Assembly (NCBI GenBank): GCA_965279525.1
Contig: CBDIIB010000003.1
Coordinates: forward strand, 320,001-384,000
Length of the DNA stretch: 64,000 nt
Reading direction: 5' to 3'
Source: Tagaea sp.
Lineage (GTDB): Bacteria > Pseudomonadota > Alphaproteobacteria > CACIAM-22H2
The translations under genes were made by a program, and so were the position numbers. The notes beneath the pieces are model-generated. The model made no database searches, was not told where the DNA came from, and saw only the letters and a list, made by a program, of their open reading frames with translations. Positions 60,866 through 64,000 of the stretch are shown in pieces; the first letter of the stretch is position 1; the number at the start of each line of letters is the position of its first letter.

Positions 60866-61683
60866 GCACGCGTCCGACCACGACCGCCGGCACGTTGGTC
60901 GCGGTGGGCGGCTGGCTATTGGCCCTGATCTGGGTTTCGCCATTGCTCTACGCGTTCTGGACGGCATTCCATCCGCCAGCCTACGCCGTGCGCTTCGACC
61001 TATTTGCACCCTGGACGCTGGAGAACTTCGAGCGCGTCTGGCATGCCGCTCCGTTCCCCCGATACTTCTTCAATACGTTCCTGCTGGTGACGCTGATCCT
61101 GTGCTGCCAGTTCGTGATCTGCACCTTGGCGGCGTACGCCTTCGTCTGCCTGCCGTTCAAGGGCTCGGATATTCTGTTCATGTTCGTGTTGTTGCAGATG
61201 ATGATCATGCCCGAAGCGCTGCTGGTCGAGAACTACAAGACCCTCGGACGGCTGGGCCTATTGGACACTGTTGTGGCGATGGGGTTGCCGTATCTGGCAT
61301 CCGCCTTTGGAATCTTCCTGTTCCGACAGACATTCAAGAGCGTGCCTAAGGAACTTGAGGAGGCGGCCCGCCTGGAGGGCGCAAACATCTTCCAGATTCT
61401 GGTGCGTGTCTTCGTGCCGTTGGCCAAGCCCATCTACGTCGCCTATGGACTTGTGACCGTCAGCTATCACTGGAACAACTTCTTATGGCCGCTGGTAGTG
61501 ACGAACTCGGTCGAGACGCGACCCATCACCGTTGGACTTCAGATTTTCGCGACAATCGAGCAGGGCGTCGACTGGAGCCTGATCACCGCTGCGACGATAC
61601 TGTCGGTTTCTCCGTTGCTGATCGCGTTTCTGCTGTTCCAGCGCCAGTTCGTGCAGAGCTTCATGCGCGCCGGCATCCGCTGA
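60862..61683 (+). CDS. Carbohydrate ABC permease (UgpE-like)
   Basis: 'ELEEAARLEGA', 'WNNFLWPL'. Confidence 0.92.
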   Translation: MSTRPTTTAGTLVAVGGWLLALIWVSPLLYAFWTAFHPPAYAVRFDLFAPWTLENFERVWHAAPFPRYFFNTFLLVTLILCCQFVICTLAAYAFVCLPFKGSDILFMFVLLQMMIMPEALLVENYKTLGRLGLLDTVVAMGLPYLASAFGIFLFRQTFKSVPKELEEAARLEGANIFQILVRVFVPLAKPIYVAYGLVTVSYHWNNFLWPLVVTNSVETRPITVGLQIFATIEQGVDWSLITAATILSVSPLLIAFLLFQRQFVQSFMRAGIR

Positions 61684-61697
61684 CCTGAAGTGATGAC

Positions 61698-62483
61698 ATG
61701 CTCGAAGTGATAGAAAGCATTGTACGCGAAGCGGGCGCATTGGCGGCCGACTATTCCGACCGGCTTTCAGCTCTGACTGTCGAATCGAAAAGCCATCTCG
61801 ATCTGGTGTCGGAGGCAGATCGTGCCGTCGAAAGTCTGATCAGTGAAAGATTGCGCGCTGTCTTTCCGGACGATGGTGTGTTCGGCGAGGAGGGGATGTC
61901 GCAGCCCTCGCGCACGGGCCGTGAATGGATCGTCGATCCGATCGACGGTACGTTCAATTTCCTGCGGGGTAGCGATCACTGGGCGGTGTCGATTGGTCTG
62001 CGCGAGCGCGGTCAGCCACGCTTCGGTGTCGTTTTTGCGCCCAAGCTTGGCCAGCTGCTTGTCGGCGGCGCGGGGAGGGGAGCCGTTTTGAATGGCAGGC
62101 CGCTTCCAAAGCGTATCGGACTCGATCGTGCCAAGGCGGCATGCGGTATCGGATTTCACCCCTCGGTTCAGGTCGCCGATCAGACAGAGGCACTACGCTT
62201 CATTCTCGAAGAGGCACGGATGACGTTCCGGAATTCTGGCTCAGCCGTCACCGGCCTGATCGACGTCGCTACCGGTGCGGTCGACGGGTACTTCGGCCTC
62301 GGGATCTCGACCTGGGATTTGATGGCAATGGTGCCAATTCTTGACGAACTCGGCGTCCGCACCACAATTGATTGGGCCGCGGTCACGCTGGATCAGAAGC
62401 TCCGTTTTGCGTGCGGAACGCCGGAGTTCCTGGCTGTCTTTGCTCCGATCGCGATGGCCGAATCGCCACGTCGGATGCCATAG
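61698..62483 (+). CDS. Inositol monophosphatase-family protein
   Basis: 'DLVSEAD', 'GEE', 'WIVDPIDGTFNF', 'WD'. Confidence 0.92.
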   Translation: MLEVIESIVREAGALAADYSDRLSALTVESKSHLDLVSEADRAVESLISERLRAVFPDDGVFGEEGMSQPSRTGREWIVDPIDGTFNFLRGSDHWAVSIGLRERGQPRFGVVFAPKLGQLLVGGAGRGAVLNGRPLPKRIGLDRAKAACGIGFHPSVQVADQTEALRFILEEARMTFRNSGSAVTGLIDVATGAVDGYFGLGISTWDLMAMVPILDELGVRTTIDWAAVTLDQKLRFACGTPEFLAVFAPIAMAESPRRMP

Positions 62484-63242
62484 ATGCCGGCACTGTATCC
62501 AGATCTTGCCGGGAAGTTCGTCGTCGTCACTGGCGGCGCATCCGGAATTGGCGAAGCGATCGTTCGCGCGTTTGCGGGGCAGAAATCTGTCGTGGCGTTT
62601 CTCGACATCCAGAAGGAGCGCGGGCATGCGCTCGCTGCTGAACTTTCCGGCCAAGGCGTTTCTGTGCATTTCAGGTTGACCGACGTCACCGATACGGCGG
62701 CACTAAGCTCGACGATCGGCGATCTCGCCGCGTCGATCGGGCCGGTCAAAGTTCTGATCAACAACGCCGCTCACGATGAGCGCCACGCCACAGAGGCAGT
62801 GACTTCGGATTACTGGGACGAGCGGATCGCGATTAACTTGAAGCACCAATTCTTTGCCGCACAGGCCGTGCTGCCCGGCATGAAGGCGGCCGGGGGCGGG
62901 TCGATCATCAATTTCGGCTCCACCTCTTGGATGATCGGCCAAGGCGGCATGGTCGCCTATACGGCAGCAAAGTCGGCAGTGTTGGGCCTGACGCGCTCGC
63001 TGGCGCGCGACTACGGCCCGTTCAACATCCGGGTGAACACGCTCGCCCCTGGATGGATCCTGACCGAGCGTCAGATCGAGAAGTGGTTGACGCCTGAAGG
63101 TGAGGCGGAGCTGCTGCGCCGCCAATGTCTGAAACGCCGCCTGCAGCCCTCCGAAGTCGCAAGGTTCACGCTATTCTTGGCATCCGAAGAAGCATCCGCG
63201 TGCACAAATCAAGGCTACATTGTCGATGGCGGTTGGGTGTGA
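62484..63242 (+). CDS. SDR oxidoreductase, D-xylose/galactose 1-dehydrogenase-like
   Basis: 'YPDL', 'TGGASGIG', 'NNAAHDERH', 'YTAAK', 'PGWILTERQ'. Confidence 0.85.
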   Translation: MPALYPDLAGKFVVVTGGASGIGEAIVRAFAGQKSVVAFLDIQKERGHALAAELSGQGVSVHFRLTDVTDTAALSSTIGDLAASIGPVKVLINNAAHDERHATEAVTSDYWDERIAINLKHQFFAAQAVLPGMKAAGGGSIINFGSTSWMIGQGGMVAYTAAKSAVLGLTRSLARDYGPFNIRVNTLAPGWILTERQIEKWLTPEGEAELLRRQCLKRRLQPSEVARFTLFLASEEASACTNQGYIVDGGWV

Positions 63243-63343
63243 GAAGCGGGGCGTACCCCTATTGAGTTCCGCGTGACAGGGACGAGAGCTCAAGTGGGCC
63301 AATAGTCGGTTTCCATTGGAGTCGTTTCCCTCCGAGTGCAGGC

Positions 63344-63371
63344 CCCGCCGACGTCCGTGAACGCCGGCGGG
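63344..63371. terminator. GC-rich hairpin between convergent genes
   Basis: CCCGCCG...CGGCGGG with inner imperfect pairing; no clear U tract. Confidence 0.4.
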
Positions 63372-63387
63372 AGTCGCTTTCCGGGAC

Positions 63388-64000
63388 TTAACGTGTTGCC
63401 GCCACTGCAGCGCTCCATTCTGCGAGGAAGTCGTTGCGCTTGGTTGCGGCATCCTCCTCGTCGAGTGGGAAGACCTTGATCGAGGCGATGTTCGGCAGGT
63501 CGGCATGGCGGCTGACGTCGATATCGCCACGGCTCGGGCGTCGGAACGCGTTCTCCAGCAACGCGATCTGGACATCGCGGGAGATGATGTGGTCGAAAGC
63601 GGCGCGTGCCGTCGCCCCGTTCGGCGCGTTCTTCGCGAGCACGAGGAACTCCGGCGTCGTGAACGTGCCATCTTCGGGGTAGACCAGCTTGATCTCGCGC
63701 TGCCCGCCCGCGACATAGGCATAGCCGTTCGATTCGAACGTGAGCCCGATCGAGTATTCGCCCTGTGCCACCGAACGCAGCACAGTCGCCGCGGCACTGG
63801 TGACGACGACGTTGGCGGCGAGACGGCGCAGCGCGTCGGCGCCGAGCATCTGACGCACACCCCACAGGATCGTGTAGGCGGTCGAGCTGTTGGCCGGATC
63901 GGCGATGATCAGCTTGCCCTTCCAGCGCGGGTCAAGGATGTCGCTCCATACCTTCGGTTCGGCATTGCCGCCCAGATGATTCCGATTCGTCATCAGCGTC
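63388..64000 (-). CDS. Extracellular solute-binding protein (Fe3+/polyamine/phosphonate-type), C-terminal part
   Basis: 'WSDILDPRWKGKLIIADPANSSTAY', 'VYPEDGT'; frame runs off the window end. Confidence 0.85.
   Translation of the reverse strand, partial: TLMTNRNHLGGNAEPKVWSDILDPRWKGKLIIADPANSSTAYTILWGVRQMLGADALRRLAANVVVTSAAATVLRSVAQGEYSIGLTFESNGYAYVAGGQREIKLVYPEDGTFTTPEFLVLAKNAPNGATARAAFDHIISRDVQIALLENAFRRPSRGDIDVSRHADLPNIASIKVFPLDEEDAATKRNDFLAEWSAAVAATR

Larger units (their letters stand above)
48430..64000. mobile_element. tRNA-Phe-integrated genomic island / integrative mobilizable element (right end not seen)
   Basis: Integrase abutting the tRNA 3' end, excisionase-like gene, XRE repressor, MobV-like relaxase, IS relic, visible shift to more AT-rich codon usage; extent beyond ~55.3 kb is inferred. 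Confidence 0.75.

Noticed and set aside
48475-64000. attR (repeat of the tRNA-Phe 3' end)
   Set aside because: Not found by eye in the window; the island boundary is left open.

Overview
High-GC alphaproteobacterial (Rhodospirillales-like) chromosome segment in two parts. Positions 1-48.4 kb are mostly core or accessory metabolic genes: a dgcN/dgcA-like D-amino-acid cluster with a divergent N-acyl-D-amino-acid deacylase, glyQ-glyS-ppdK-HIT, a five-glycosyltransferase plus asnB envelope cluster, pyrC, tRNA-Thr(GGT), leuA with a probable attenuator, soeABC-like sulfite dehydrogenase near a rhodanese/persulfide dioxygenase pair, and murA-hisG-hisD-infA-maf-rng-yacG. From tRNA-Phe(GAA) at 48399-48474 onward lies a more AT-rich integrated element. 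It carries a tyrosine integrase whose ORF ends inside the tRNA antisense strand, an excisionase-like gene, an XRE repressor, a DCL(DUF3223)+His-Me-finger-like protein paired with a protease-less Lon-type AAA+ ATPase, a variant MobV-type relaxase with an upstream repeat block, an IS3 relic and sugar-phosphate ABC cargo. I did not find the second att site in the window. The best candidate for an undescribed system is the DCL-nuclease/AAA+ module. All calls come from reading motifs by eye; no database searches were run.
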